From positions 32,001 through 96,000 of the IMG/VR virus record IMGVR_UViG_3300029787_000001: a DNA stretch of 64,000 nt; one strand, written 5' to 3'. The notes beneath the pieces are model-generated. The model was not told the origin of the DNA. It did no database searches and saw nothing but the letters and a program-made list of their open reading frames with translations. Shown here one piece after another: positions 50,181 to 60,660 of this stretch (position 1 is the first letter of the stretch; every line of letters starts with the position of its first letter). The DNA comes from a virus. Both the position numbers and the translations under genes were made by a program.

Positions 50181-51418
50181 AAAAGAAAGTTTTGCTAAAG
50201 GGTCCTCTACTGACCCGCTCTGGCTATGGAGAACAAGCTCGCTTTGCTCTCCGTTCACTTCGATCTCGTGAAGATCTATTTGAAGTCTTTATTCAGCCTC
50301 TACAGTGGGGCAAGACCTCTTGGGCTTCCGAGATGGATGAAGAGCGTGTCTGGATTGATGAGACCATCGAAAAGACTATCGCTTACGTCCAACAAGGCGG
50401 ACAGTTTGATGTTTCGCTACAAGTGACCATTCCCAACGAGTTCCAGCGACTTGCCCCTATCAATGTCGGCTACACCGCCGGCATCGAGACTACAAAAGTA
50501 GCGCACCAGTGGATTCAGAAAGCAAATGAGATGGACAAGATTATTGTTGTCTCCAACCACTCTAAGCAAGTGTTCGAGAGCACAGAGTACGCCGCTACAA
50601 ACCAACAAACTGGAGAGCAGGTCACCCTGCGCACCCAGACCCCTGTTGAATCTGCCGGCTATCCTGTGAAGACCTATGAAAACCTACCAGAACTAGAACT
50701 CGGTCTATCAACCGCATTCAACTTCTTGACGGTCGCCCAGTTTGGTCCGAGAAAGAACCTCCACAACACTATCAAGTGGTTTATTGAAGAGTTTAGAAAT
50801 GAAGATGTCGGTCTTGTAGTCAAGTCCAACATAGCAAAGAACTCCCTAATGGATCGTAAGAAGCTCCATGGAGATCTGACCCACTTCCTACGTCAACAGG
50901 GAGAGAGACAATGCAAGGTATACCTCCTACACGGCGACATGACTGACGCCGAAATGCACTCCTTGTATTCCAACCAGCAAATCCATGCATTTGTCTCTCT
51001 CCCACATGGCGAAGGCTTTGGTCTACCATTGTTTGAAGCAGCCTACTCAGGTCTTCCTGTGGTCGCTACAGGGTGGTCTGGTCAGCTAGATTTTCTTATT
51101 GATAGCGAAGGTCAAGAACAATTTTATAACGTAGCCTTCGACCTGCAACAAGTCCAGAAAGAGGTTGTTTGGGATGGGGTAATCGTCCCTGACTCCATGT
51201 GGGCTTATGCTCGCGAAGGATCTGCAAAACAACAAATGCGCAAGTGCTACGAGGAAAAAACTGTAGAACGCGACCTCACATATGCACAGAGCCTGACAGA
51301 ACGCTTCTCTGAAGAAAAGATGTATGAGAGGTTTGTCAGCCTGACACAATCACAAGAGGCAGCCGAGATGTCTGAATGGTTGAAAGAACTAGAAGAAGAA
51401 TTGGAAGAATATGAATAA
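50177..51418 (+). CDS. Glycosyltransferase GT4
   Basis: GEGFGLPLFEA. Confidence 0.85.
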   Translation: MKKKVLLKGPLLTRSGYGEQARFALRSLRSREDLFEVFIQPLQWGKTSWASEMDEERVWIDETIEKTIAYVQQGGQFDVSLQVTIPNEFQRLAPINVGYTAGIETTKVAHQWIQKANEMDKIIVVSNHSKQVFESTEYAATNQQTGEQVTLRTQTPVESAGYPVKTYENLPELELGLSTAFNFLTVAQFGPRKNLHNTIKWFIEEFRNEDVGLVVKSNIAKNSLMDRKKLHGDLTHFLRQQGERQCKVYLLHGDMTDAEMHSLYSNQQIHAFVSLPHGEGFGLPLFEAAYSGLPVVATGWSGQLDFLIDSEGQEQFYNVAFDLQQVQKEVVWDGVIVPDSMWAYAREGSAKQQMRKCYEEKTVERDLTYAQSLTERFSEEKMYERFVSLTQSQEAAEMSEWLKELEEELEEYE

Positions 51419-52250
51419 AATTGTATTTGTCTCAGATTTTTTTATTGAGGACATAGTAGGTGGCGGTGAACTAAACGATTATGAAGTTTATAAATTGTTT
51501 GTTCAAAAAGGATATGAGGTTGGCAGAATTAGAAGCCATATGTTCGCTTCTGACCATCTAGACAAAGATGCATTTTATGTAATTTCCAATTTCATTAATC
51601 TTAATTATCAATTAAGAGAGCTACTACAGGATTACAATTATATAATTTACGAGCATGATCACAAATACATACGCTCTAGAAACCCAGCGCTATACAAAAA
51701 CTTTGAAGCTCCAAAAGACCAGATAATCAATCAGGACTTTTACGATAATGCGGCGGCTGTTTTGTGTCAGTCAAATTTTCACATGGACATAGTAAAAAAA
51801 AACATATGTTTAGATAATATTGTAAGCGTAGGCGGCAATGTCTGGAGTCTAAAATCATTAGATTTTATGAGACAAATAAGTCAAGTAGAAAAAAAAAATA
51901 AAACTTCAATATTACATTCAAATATTGAGCACAAAAATACATTGGGTGCAATAGAATATTGTATTAGAAAGAATGAAAGTTACGAGCTAGTGAGTGATAA
52001 AGATTACTATTCTTTTCTATCTAAGTTAGGCAAAAATAGAAAGTTTGTCTTTATACCAAAAACTCCTGAAACTCTCTCTAGGGTATGCGTCGAAGCCAGA
52101 ATGATGAATATGTCAGTTGTCGTTAACAGTCTGATCGGCGCAAGCAAAGAGCCTTGGTATTCACTAAAGGGCACAGATTTGATTGATTATATGATAGAAA
52201 AAAGGGAAAAAGTTGTAGAAAAAATAATAGGAATCTTCAATGAGCAATAG
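51411..52250 (+). CDS. GT-B glycosyltransferase-like protein
   Basis: PETLSRVCVEAR motif. Confidence 0.6.
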   Translation: MNKIVFVSDFFIEDIVGGGELNDYEVYKLFVQKGYEVGRIRSHMFASDHLDKDAFYVISNFINLNYQLRELLQDYNYIIYEHDHKYIRSRNPALYKNFEAPKDQIINQDFYDNAAAVLCQSNFHMDIVKKNICLDNIVSVGGNVWSLKSLDFMRQISQVEKKNKTSILHSNIEHKNTLGAIEYCIRKNESYELVSDKDYYSFLSKLGKNRKFVFIPKTPETLSRVCVEARMMNMSVVVNSLIGASKEPWYSLKGTDLIDYMIEKREKVVEKIIGIFNEQ

Positions 52251-52980
52251 ATTTATAATAATGGTGCCGTTCTACAATGTACAAAAATGGATAAAATACA
52301 ATATCGCATCTATTAAAAAACAGAAGTATGATAATTTTATCTGTGTCTTGGTTGATGACATATCCACTGATAACTCTTATGAGGTTGCGAAAAAGATGGT
52401 GGGTGAAGACCCGCGTTTCATTTTGGTCAAAAACACTGAGAAAAAACTAGCTCTAAGAAATATTTATGAAGGTATTGAATTGGCAGATCCTAGCCAAGAA
52501 GATATCATTGTGACTTTGGATGGAGATGATTGGTTTAGCTCTGATGATGTTTTAAGCTATCTCGATGAATTCTATAATCAACAAGATTGTTGGCTCACAT
52601 ATGGCAGCTATTTAGAGTTTCCTAGTGGTCGTAGAGGCAAATTCACCAGACAAATACCCCAGCAGGTTATAGATCTGAATGCTTATAGACAATACGAGTG
52701 GTGTAGCTCACACCTTAGGACGTTTAAATATCACTTATGGTCTAAGATCGAAAAAGAGGATTTATTAGATTCTGAAGGCAACTTTTATAAAATGGCTTGG
52801 GACTTATCTTTTATGTTTCCAATGCTAGAGATGTCAAAAAACAAGTCAAGATTTATAGATAAATGTTTATATACATATAATCTTGATAATCCATTAAACG
52901 ATCATAAGACAGATAATGCTTATCAGGTCAGGCTTGAGATGGAAATTAGAAACAAGCCAAAATATGAGGAAATAATATAA
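52240..52980 (+). CDS. Glycosyltransferase GT2
   Basis: VPFYN, VDDISTD, LDGDD. Confidence 0.88.
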   Translation: MSNRFIIMVPFYNVQKWIKYNIASIKKQKYDNFICVLVDDISTDNSYEVAKKMVGEDPRFILVKNTEKKLALRNIYEGIELADPSQEDIIVTLDGDDWFSSDDVLSYLDEFYNQQDCWLTYGSYLEFPSGRRGKFTRQIPQQVIDLNAYRQYEWCSSHLRTFKYHLWSKIEKEDLLDSEGNFYKMAWDLSFMFPMLEMSKNKSRFIDKCLYTYNLDNPLNDHKTDNAYQVRLEMEIRNKPKYEEII

Positions 52981-53789
52981 TGTTAACTTGTGACGTAATG
53001 GGACCTAGTAAAATAGATGGGCATTATCTTGCTGGTCTTGGTAATCAAATGTTTACAATCGCCGCCACCGTGGCATTAGCATTGGATAATGAAGATGTCG
53101 CAGTTTTCCCAGACTTACAAAACAGAGACTGGTTCGGAACATATACAGATAATGTCTTTAGAAAGCTGACGATTGATGGAGATAAAGGGTTTGTAAAATA
53201 TCTATATCAAGAGCCAAGCTGGAAGTTTGCCAAAATACCATATAAAAAGGATCTGTGCTTAAGTGGTTATTTTCAATCAGAGAAATATTTTGCCCACAGA
53301 AGAAAGGAAATATTAAAAGTATTTGAAATTCCTGATTCTATTTTGGGTCACATAAAAGAAAAATATTCTGACATATTTGCAAAACAAAAACTTATTGGAG
53401 TTCATGTAAGAAGAGGTGACTACTTGACACCAACGCTAAGCCAATTTCATCATGCTCAAGCAGTTGACTATTATCACAGAGCCATGAGCTTGTTTGATGA
53501 AGATAGCAACTTTATATTTTTTAGTGACGACATAGAATGGTGTAAACAAAATTTTTCATCTATAAATAACACCCACTTTATAGAAGGAGAGACTGATGTT
53601 GTTGATTTATATTTTATGTCAGTTATGGAACACAATATAATCGCAAACTCTACGTTCTCATGGTGGGGTGCTTGGCTCAACCAAAATCCAGACAAAATAG
53701 TTATTGCTCCACACAAGTGGTATGGTCCTAAAAATTCACACCTAGAAGATAACGATATAATCCCAGAACATTGGAAGATTGTAAAATGA
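52980..53789 (+). CDS. Alpha-1,2-fucosyltransferase GT11
   Basis: GLGNQMF, GYFQSEKYF, HVRRGDY, FSDDIEWC, NSTFSWWGAWL. Confidence 0.92.
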   Translation: MLTCDVMGPSKIDGHYLAGLGNQMFTIAATVALALDNEDVAVFPDLQNRDWFGTYTDNVFRKLTIDGDKGFVKYLYQEPSWKFAKIPYKKDLCLSGYFQSEKYFAHRRKEILKVFEIPDSILGHIKEKYSDIFAKQKLIGVHVRRGDYLTPTLSQFHHAQAVDYYHRAMSLFDEDSNFIFFSDDIEWCKQNFSSINNTHFIEGETDVVDLYFMSVMEHNIIANSTFSWWGAWLNQNPDKIVIAPHKWYGPKNSHLEDNDIIPEHWKIVK

Positions 53790-54481
53790 AAATAGCTGTA
53801 CTAAATGTCGCAACTGGCGGATACATTGATTTGTCAAAGCGCCTGTTTGAAAGTATAAAGAGCAACTTTTTAGTTGATCATCAAGTAGACATCTTTTTGT
53901 TTACTGACAGCGATGAGCAATTTGCAGATAATATTAAAAAGTATAATATTAAAAGAAGAGGTTTTCCCGGTGATACACTGCTTAGATATCATTACTTTTT
54001 GCTAGCTGAGAAAGAATTGTTGCAGTATGATTTTCTTTTCTATCTTGACGCAGATTTGTATATAGAGAAGTCAATTGGAGAAGAAATAATTTCTGACATT
54101 GTTGCTGTTCATCATCCGGGCTTCTTTGGAAAAACCAATGGTACCTTTGAGCGACGACAAATATCAACAGCCTTTGTAGATTCAAATATCAATAGCCCTT
54201 ATTTTTGCGGTGGTGTTCAGGGCGGCAGAACGGAACATTATTTAGCAGTTTGCAGAGAGATAAAGAACAACATAAACGTTGATATGTCAAAGGGCGTGAT
54301 GGCGGTGTGGCATGACGAGTCGCATTGGAATCACTTTTTATCAATTAATAAACCAACCCTTGCGCTAGATCCAAGATACTGTTATCCAACTGACGCTCAT
54401 TTTCCATGGATTGAAAACCTCAACGATGATCGCAAAATTATAACTGTAGAAAAAAACGAAGAAGAGATAAGAAAATTATGA
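53786..54481 (+). CDS. GT6 (ABO-type) alpha-1,3-Gal/GalNAc transferase
   Basis: VATGGY, YLDAD, HPG, ERRQ.STA, GGVQGG, WHDESHWN. Confidence 0.85.
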   Translation: MKIAVLNVATGGYIDLSKRLFESIKSNFLVDHQVDIFLFTDSDEQFADNIKKYNIKRRGFPGDTLLRYHYFLLAEKELLQYDFLFYLDADLYIEKSIGEEIISDIVAVHHPGFFGKTNGTFERRQISTAFVDSNINSPYFCGGVQGGRTEHYLAVCREIKNNINVDMSKGVMAVWHDESHWNHFLSINKPTLALDPRYCYPTDAHFPWIENLNDDRKIITVEKNEEEIRKL

Positions 54482-55206
54482 ACCCACAACAACAATATAA
54501 AGGTTACCTGTCAGGCAAGAGAGTAGCTGTAGTTGGTCCTTCTAAGAGCGTAATGTTGGCTGAAGATGGTGATTTAATTGATTCTTATGATGTTGTAGTA
54601 AGACTAAATAACATGTTGGAAATTAGCGAGGAGCATCAAAAATACTTTGGTAGTAGAACCGATGTTATATACGCAACGCTAGATGACCCTCCTAAGCAAA
54701 TTGCGCTACAGTGCGCCAGAGCAAAAGTAAAATTTCTATCGTCCTCATATCCCACAGATGAGTGGTTTTTCCAACAACGAATGGCTAGAAATGTTATGTT
54801 TTTGAAGAATGTAAAGCACTTCTCAACCGTTACAATGCCCAGTGAACCTTACTGGACAATAAAAAATGAAATGAGTTCTAGACCAAATACGGGTTTCTGT
54901 GCTATAATGGATTTATTGTCTTCGGACTTAAAGGAACTTTTCATAGTTGGAATTGATTTTTATAGAAACATAATGATTGATTCTGAAGATGCTTATTTTA
55001 GTGATTATTTTTGCCAATGGTCGGATAAAAAGAGTAAACAATTTTTAGAGATAGAATACGATGGGCATGATCATCATAACCCGGATAACGATTTTAGGCA
55101 TTTTAAGTACAACATGTACCTAAAAGATGATAGAATCAAAGTAACCTCTTTCATAGAAAAAATTCTAATTAATAGTGCATATGAAAGTTTGTCAAACTGT
55201 ATATAA
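54478..55206 (+). CDS. GT29-like (sialyltransferase-type) protein
   Basis: VAVVGPS..IDSYDVVVRLN..FGSRTD; PNTGF..I; GIDFY. Confidence 0.7.
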   Translation: MNPQQQYKGYLSGKRVAVVGPSKSVMLAEDGDLIDSYDVVVRLNNMLEISEEHQKYFGSRTDVIYATLDDPPKQIALQCARAKVKFLSSSYPTDEWFFQQRMARNVMFLKNVKHFSTVTMPSEPYWTIKNEMSSRPNTGFCAIMDLLSSDLKELFIVGIDFYRNIMIDSEDAYFSDYFCQWSDKKSKQFLEIEYDGHDHHNPDNDFRHFKYNMYLKDDRIKVTSFIEKILINSAYESLSNCI

Positions 55207-55228
55207 GTTTTAAATTAGGAGTCAAATT

Positions 55229-56209
55229 TTGTTAGATATAGAAAACATTGAATCTAAATTCAATTCTGTTATTAATACCTGTGAGTTTAGAGAGTTACAA
55301 ACTGTTTATAATAAAGCAAAGCACGTTTTTTTCTTTGGTCATGGTGGCAACATGAGTATCGCTGAGCATGCAGCCATAGACGCCTCTAGGCTTACAAACA
55401 AGAACGTGTACGCCCCCGGTGGTGGCGTGATAGTAACCTCTATCCAAGGAGATACTAGTTTTAACGATTGGATACAAAGCTGGCTAGAAATTAGAACTAG
55501 AAATCTAAATTTTGATGAGTGCCTTGCGATTGGGCTATCATGCTCTACTAGTGGCGCCTCATCAGACTGTCTCGCAACTGCGTTAAACTGGGCAGCCGAA
55601 GCTGGCATTCCCAGTGCTCTTTGGGCAGCCCAGCCAAAAGAAAAAGGAATCAATTCAAAGGTAGTCCAAATAATACAGCATGCCAAGCACTACCATACAT
55701 CTGAAATACTGTCTTTGACCATGACTTATGAATTAATTCATGGTGCTGGATTCACATGCCCCAGCATATCCAAGAAGGCTCAGCAAAGAAGATTTGAAAA
55801 GCTAGGAATTGAATCAGAAGTAGAAATACATAATAAAGAAGTTCCTCCGGGCATGGAGCATCAATTGTCAAATCTGGCAATTGATTTTGACGGTGTTGTG
55901 CACACATTTGATAAGGGATGGCACGATGGTACGTGCTACGGTGAGCCAATAGAAGGAGCAGTAGAGGCTATAAAAAGCTTATCTGAACACTGGAACATTA
56001 TTATTTTTTCTGCCAAGGTTAGACCTGATAGACCGCTTGTAAACGGTATGACTGGATACGAGTTGGTAGATGAATGGCTAGAGAAGCATGGAGTTCGCAA
56101 CTGTGTTTCTGAGATAACTCATGAAAAGCCACGAGCTAAATTTTACATCGATGATAAGGCTATTGAATTTAAAAACAATTGGGATGATATCCTTGAGAGG
56201 TTAAAGTGA
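55229..56209 (+). CDS. SIS (GmhA-like) sugar isomerase fused to a HAD phosphatase
   Basis: FGHGGNMSIAEH; IDFDGV...YIDD. Confidence 0.75.
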   Translation: MLDIENIESKFNSVINTCEFRELQTVYNKAKHVFFFGHGGNMSIAEHAAIDASRLTNKNVYAPGGGVIVTSIQGDTSFNDWIQSWLEIRTRNLNFDECLAIGLSCSTSGASSDCLATALNWAAEAGIPSALWAAQPKEKGINSKVVQIIQHAKHYHTSEILSLTMTYELIHGAGFTCPSISKKAQQRRFEKLGIESEVEIHNKEVPPGMEHQLSNLAIDFDGVVHTFDKGWHDGTCYGEPIEGAVEAIKSLSEHWNIIIFSAKVRPDRPLVNGMTGYELVDEWLEKHGVRNCVSEITHEKPRAKFYIDDKAIEFKNNWDDILERLK

Positions 56210-56871
56210 AAAAAGTAACTGCCGTTATTCCAGTCCGAAAGGGCTCCGTAAGAGTTAAAAACAAGAATCTTAAACCGTTTGCAGACACAAATTTACTAGA
56301 ACTAAAGATTCGACAGCTTAAGCAAGTAAATCTTCTAGATGAGATTGTTGTTAGTTCTGACTGCGATAAGATGCTTTCTTTGGCACATAGTCTTGGAGTG
56401 GGTGTTCATAAAAGAGAAGACTATTATGCTAGCTCAGAGGCAACAAATTCAGAGTTTTTTGAAAATATTGGAAAGTCTATTGACGCTAGCTACATTATGT
56501 ACAGCCCGGTGACCTGCCCTTTGATATCTTTAGAGACATATTTTGACTGCTTGTCGTCTTTTAAGAATGACCAACAATTAAAAAACTTAGTCACCGCTCG
56601 TAGAGTAAACCATCACATGTGGCTTGATGGCAAGCCTCTAAATTACGATATCGCAAACTCTCCAAATAGCCAGGATTTGCCAAATATTCATGCTATCACG
56701 TATGGTATCTCTATAATTTCAAGAAAAGAAATGATAGAATATAAAAACATTGTGAACGAAAACCCAACATTCAAAGTATTAGATGAAATAGAATCTATGG
56801 ATATTGATACGGAATTTGATTTTATGGTAGCCGAGATGATTTACAATAAACTATACAGAGACATAAAATGA
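56206..56871 (+). CDS. Acylneuraminate/KDO cytidylyltransferase (NeuA-like)
   Basis: IPVRKGSVRVKNKN, DIDT..DF. Confidence 0.88.
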   Translation: MKKVTAVIPVRKGSVRVKNKNLKPFADTNLLELKIRQLKQVNLLDEIVVSSDCDKMLSLAHSLGVGVHKREDYYASSEATNSEFFENIGKSIDASYIMYSPVTCPLISLETYFDCLSSFKNDQQLKNLVTARRVNHHMWLDGKPLNYDIANSPNSQDLPNIHAITYGISIISRKEMIEYKNIVNENPTFKVLDEIESMDIDTEFDFMVAEMIYNKLYRDIK

Positions 56872-58085
56872 AAAGAAATAGTTGTCTTGTGTGCGGCTCT
56901 AAGTCGCTTGAGATTATTGTTGATCTTGGCAATCATGCTTTTGCAGATACATTTGTCCCTATTGACAAGAAAAATGATCAACTAGTTACATACAATTTAT
57001 CATGTGCAATCTGCCATGATTGTGGCAATATTCAAACTTGTTCAAAGACAAATCCAAGTGATAGATATTCGTTGTTTGATTATTCCTATACATCATCTAA
57101 TTCAAGAACTTCACAAAACCATTGGAAGAGTTTTTGCCTTGACGTTGCTAAGAAAATTAAATTAAATAAAAAAGCTTTTGTCATAGAGGTCGGCTCAAAT
57201 GATGGCTATCTTCTTGAACAGTTTAAGAAAAACTTCGACGCTGATGTTCTAGGTATCGATGCATCCAAGCACGTCTCGGATATAGCAAATCAAAATGGCA
57301 TTGAGACAAAAGTTGCAATCTTTGATAGTAAAGTATCAAAGGGTGTGTTAAACAATTACGGCATGGCAGATTTAATAGTTGCTAATAATGTTTTTAATCA
57401 CTCTGAAGATCCTGTAGATTTTGCAAAGGCGGTGGCTGCTTTATTGAAAAATAACGGTGTCTTTGTTTTTGAAGTTCCTTATTGGAAGTCCGCTGTTGAT
57501 TCTGAAAAGATAGACCAAATTTACCATGAGCACGTTAGTTATATGACTGTAAAAAGTGTTAAGAAGACGCTGGAACTATCTGGGCTAAATATCATCGATG
57601 TGCAGGTTGTTGATTACCATGGTGGCTCATTGAGAGTATATTGCGGACCGTCTGTGTCTAAAGAACCACAAGTGGTTGATGATATGATAAATAATGAGGA
57701 CGCATCCGGCATCTTCAAAAAAGACACTTACAAGCTGTTATTGGAAAAAATTGACAATAAAAAGATAAACTTAATGAGAAAAATCTATGATATCAAAAAG
57801 TCTGGTGGCTCTCTCATATGTGTTGGTGCCGCCGCCAAGGGCAATACTTTTTTGACATTTTTAAATTTAGATAATTCAATCATAGATTATGTGACCGATG
57901 CATCTGAATACAAGCAAGGCAAATTCACACCTCTTACGTCAATACCAATTTGTGGCGATGATATTTTTAGAGAATATAATGAAGTATATGCAATAATACT
58001 ATCTTGGAATATTTCTGGTAAATTAAAAGAAAAGTTACATGAAATTAATTCCAAAATTAAATTTTTAGTTTTTGATGATTTTTAA
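56868..58085 (+). CDS. NDP-hexose C-methyltransferase family
   Basis: CLVC..C..C, EVGSNDG, YHEH, GAAAKG. Confidence 0.88.
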   Translation: MKRNSCLVCGSKSLEIIVDLGNHAFADTFVPIDKKNDQLVTYNLSCAICHDCGNIQTCSKTNPSDRYSLFDYSYTSSNSRTSQNHWKSFCLDVAKKIKLNKKAFVIEVGSNDGYLLEQFKKNFDADVLGIDASKHVSDIANQNGIETKVAIFDSKVSKGVLNNYGMADLIVANNVFNHSEDPVDFAKAVAALLKNNGVFVFEVPYWKSAVDSEKIDQIYHEHVSYMTVKSVKKTLELSGLNIIDVQVVDYHGGSLRVYCGPSVSKEPQVVDDMINNEDASGIFKKDTYKLLLEKIDNKKINLMRKIYDIKKSGGSLICVGAAAKGNTFLTFLNLDNSIIDYVTDASEYKQGKFTPLTSIPICGDDIFREYNEVYAIILSWNISGKLKEKLHEINSKIKFLVFDDF

Positions 58086-58097
58086 TCGGAGTAATAA

Positions 58098-58508
58098 ATG
58101 ATAAAAAGAAACGCTTGGAACGATATTAGAGCACCCCTTGAGTTCCATGAAGATGACAGGGGTAAGATAGCTGACATTTTTTATAAGGGTTCCATAGAAC
58201 ATGTTGCCATAATTAAATCTAAACCCGGCTCTATTCGAGGCAATCACTACCATGAGGAATCCACTCAGCATATGTTGATTACAAAAGGAAGTTTAGAATA
58301 TTGGTATAAAAAATTAGATACAGACGAAGAACCACAGTGTGTTATAATGCAAGAGGGTGATATAATATCTACCCCTCCCTTTGAAGTTCACGCACTTAAA
58401 ATTATCGATGAAAACGAATTCATTGTTTTTAGTGAGGGTCGTCGCGGCGGTCAAGATTATGAAAGCGATACAATAAGAATTGATGGCAACATTATTGGAG
58501 GATTGTGA
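58098..58508 (+). CDS. Cupin (sugar isomerase/epimerase-like)
   Basis: RGNHYH..E, HAL. Confidence 0.75.
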   Translation: MIKRNAWNDIRAPLEFHEDDRGKIADIFYKGSIEHVAIIKSKPGSIRGNHYHEESTQHMLITKGSLEYWYKKLDTDEEPQCVIMQEGDIISTPPFEVHALKIIDENEFIVFSEGRRGGQDYESDTIRIDGNIIGGL

Positions 58509-58509
58509 T

Positions 58510-59079
58510 ATGAGCGAACCTATCAGACTTCATTTGGGCTGCGGTCATAGGTACTTGCCGGGCTTCGTGCATGTAGATCAGGACCCACTTGAGCATGTGG
58601 AACATGTTCTTGATATCAAAGACTTGTCTATTTTTGAGGACAATAGCGTAGATGAAATCTACTCTTGTGGAGTTGTTGTTTATTTTGATAGATTCCAAAT
58701 CAAAGACGTTCTCAAAGAATGGAGTCGCGTTTTAAAGAGCGGAGGAAAACTTAGAATTTCCATTGCAGATTTTGAAAAAATGGTGCAAGTCTACCTAGAT
58801 AGCGGAAAAGTTCTTGAGTCTCGTGGCATTCTTGGTCCGCTATTTGGTAGATGGGAGATTACTGAAGACGGAGAATCAAAAATGATTTATCAAACCACGA
58901 CATATGATTTTAAGTCTTTAGAAAAAGTATTGATAGGCTGCGGCTTTGCTTCGGTTGAAAGATACGATTGGCGAGATTTCTTACCGGAGGGCTTTGATGA
59001 TTATTCCAGAGCCTACATCCCCCATATGGATGAAACCGGACTACATTTATCTCTAAATGTGGTATGTGAAAAAAGATGA
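58510..59079 (+). CDS. SAM-dependent methyltransferase
   Basis: LHLGCG, VLKSGG. Confidence 0.8.
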   Translation: MSEPIRLHLGCGHRYLPGFVHVDQDPLEHVEHVLDIKDLSIFEDNSVDEIYSCGVVVYFDRFQIKDVLKEWSRVLKSGGKLRISIADFEKMVQVYLDSGKVLESRGILGPLFGRWEITEDGESKMIYQTTTYDFKSLEKVLIGCGFASVERYDWRDFLPEGFDDYSRAYIPHMDETGLHLSLNVVCEKR

Positions 59080-59543
59080 AATCTGTAACCAACAATAAAC
59101 TCAGCAGTGATTGCTGGTGGCCACCGGGCTATAATGTTCAGCCACACAGAATTATGATGGCAAATCTTAATTTTGTCACTGATTCTATTGTTGACAGGGT
59201 TAACGTTGAATCTAGAACAATACTGTCACTCAAACCTACCTTGATAAAGGAGACACCTCATTATCAGTATGCTATGGGAAATATTCAGCCCTATAAAGAG
59301 TATTTGGAAAAATGCAAACATATAACATGGGCGAGAGCAGCCATCAATCAAGAACACATAGACCTCCAGTTTATGTTTGATAAATTTGATAAAATTTTAA
59401 ATACTGATCTGTCTTATTTGGACCCACCGCACCAAGATAAATATATTATCATAAATCGAAATAAACAAATAATTGATGGCTTACACCGAGCAGTTGCTCT
59501 GATGAGTCAAGGCATAGAGGAAGTGCCAATAGCTTTAGTATAG
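59076..59543 (+). CDS. Hypothetical protein with a ParB/Srx-like IDGLHR motif
   Basis: QIIDGLHRAV. Confidence 0.5.
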   Translation: MKSVTNNKLSSDCWWPPGYNVQPHRIMMANLNFVTDSIVDRVNVESRTILSLKPTLIKETPHYQYAMGNIQPYKEYLEKCKHITWARAAINQEHIDLQFMFDKFDKILNTDLSYLDPPHQDKYIIINRNKQIIDGLHRAVALMSQGIEEVPIALV

Positions 59544-59552
59544 GAATTCATT

Positions 59553-60245
59553 GTGCTTTTACCTTTGATAAATAATGACAAAAGATTTATAGTATGCTGG
59601 AATGCAAAAGCTGGCTGTACTGCGGTTAAACGATGGTATTTGGGAACAATGGGTGTCAACCCTGATGAGGTTAATCCGCACAAAGTAATAGCAGCCAATG
59701 CTCCACATATTAGCCCCACGCAAATACAACATCATTATGGAGATTATTATAAATTTATAGTCTGTAGAAATCCATGGAAAAGAATAGTAAGCTATTACAA
59801 AAATAAAAAAGTTGCTGTTTGGTGGAAAAATAAGACATGGCCAATAGACACGAGAGTCAGGAACTTGAATAGTGAAGACTTCACGTTCAGACAGTTAGTG
59901 TATTATGTGTGCCAAACTCCAGATCATTTTTTGGAACAACATATTCAAAGCCAAACCAGTCAATTAGGCGACATAGCTTTTAATAGCGTAGTAAAATTAG
60001 AGAACTTCAGTTCAGATATGAATGAGGTTTGTGATATACTAGGAATAAGCTATAGAAATTTTTCAAATCCAAACAAGACATTAGAAACCACAAACAAGGT
60101 GAATGTTAGTGATTTAAATCCTAAAGAATTTACTAACGACAACATGCCATCTTATGAGTGCTTTTACGATGATGAATTAAGAAATATGATTTTTGAAAAG
60201 TTTAAAAAAGATATAGAATACTTCAATTACAAATTTGAGAATTAA
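59553..60245 (+). CDS. Sulfotransferase family 2
   Basis: KAGCTAVK, VCRNPWKRIVSYY, VKLENF. Confidence 0.8.
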   Translation: MLLPLINNDKRFIVCWNAKAGCTAVKRWYLGTMGVNPDEVNPHKVIAANAPHISPTQIQHHYGDYYKFIVCRNPWKRIVSYYKNKKVAVWWKNKTWPIDTRVRNLNSEDFTFRQLVYYVCQTPDHFLEQHIQSQTSQLGDIAFNSVVKLENFSSDMNEVCDILGISYRNFSNPNKTLETTNKVNVSDLNPKEFTNDNMPSYECFYDDELRNMIFEKFKKDIEYFNYKFEN

Positions 60246-60246
60246 T

Positions 60247-60660
60247 ATGAAAAAGATTTTTTCAAAGGTAGAAAAAGGGCTGTTATTACATGCCATCCAT
60301 CGTTATGAAGATATAACCGAGAAGAGAGCAGACATAAGCCCAGAAGAAGAATTTTTACAGGTCTCCACCTTTCGTTTAAAAAAAGATAAGACCTTCCGGG
60401 CTCACTATCACATAGAAAACATAAAAGAGACGAATCGAACGCAAGAATCTTGGGTTGTAATAAAAGGCTCTGTTAAAGTTATGTTATATGATATTGACAA
60501 GAGGCTAATCTCAGAAGAGATATTAAAGCAAGGTGATTGCACTGTTACTTTTCGTGGCGGACACAATTATCTATGTCTAGAGGACGATACGGTCGTTTAT
60601 GAATACAAAACAGGACCCTACCAAGGTCAAAAATTAGATAAAGAGTTCATATATGTTTGA
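60247..60660 (+). CDS. Cupin-fold protein
   Basis: AHYH..E..V.KG, GGHNY. Confidence 0.7.
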   Translation: MKKIFSKVEKGLLLHAIHRYEDITEKRADISPEEEFLQVSTFRLKKDKTFRAHYHIENIKETNRTQESWVVIKGSVKVMLYDIDKRLISEEILKQGDCTVTFRGGHNYLCLEDDTVVYEYKTGPYQGQKLDKEFIYV

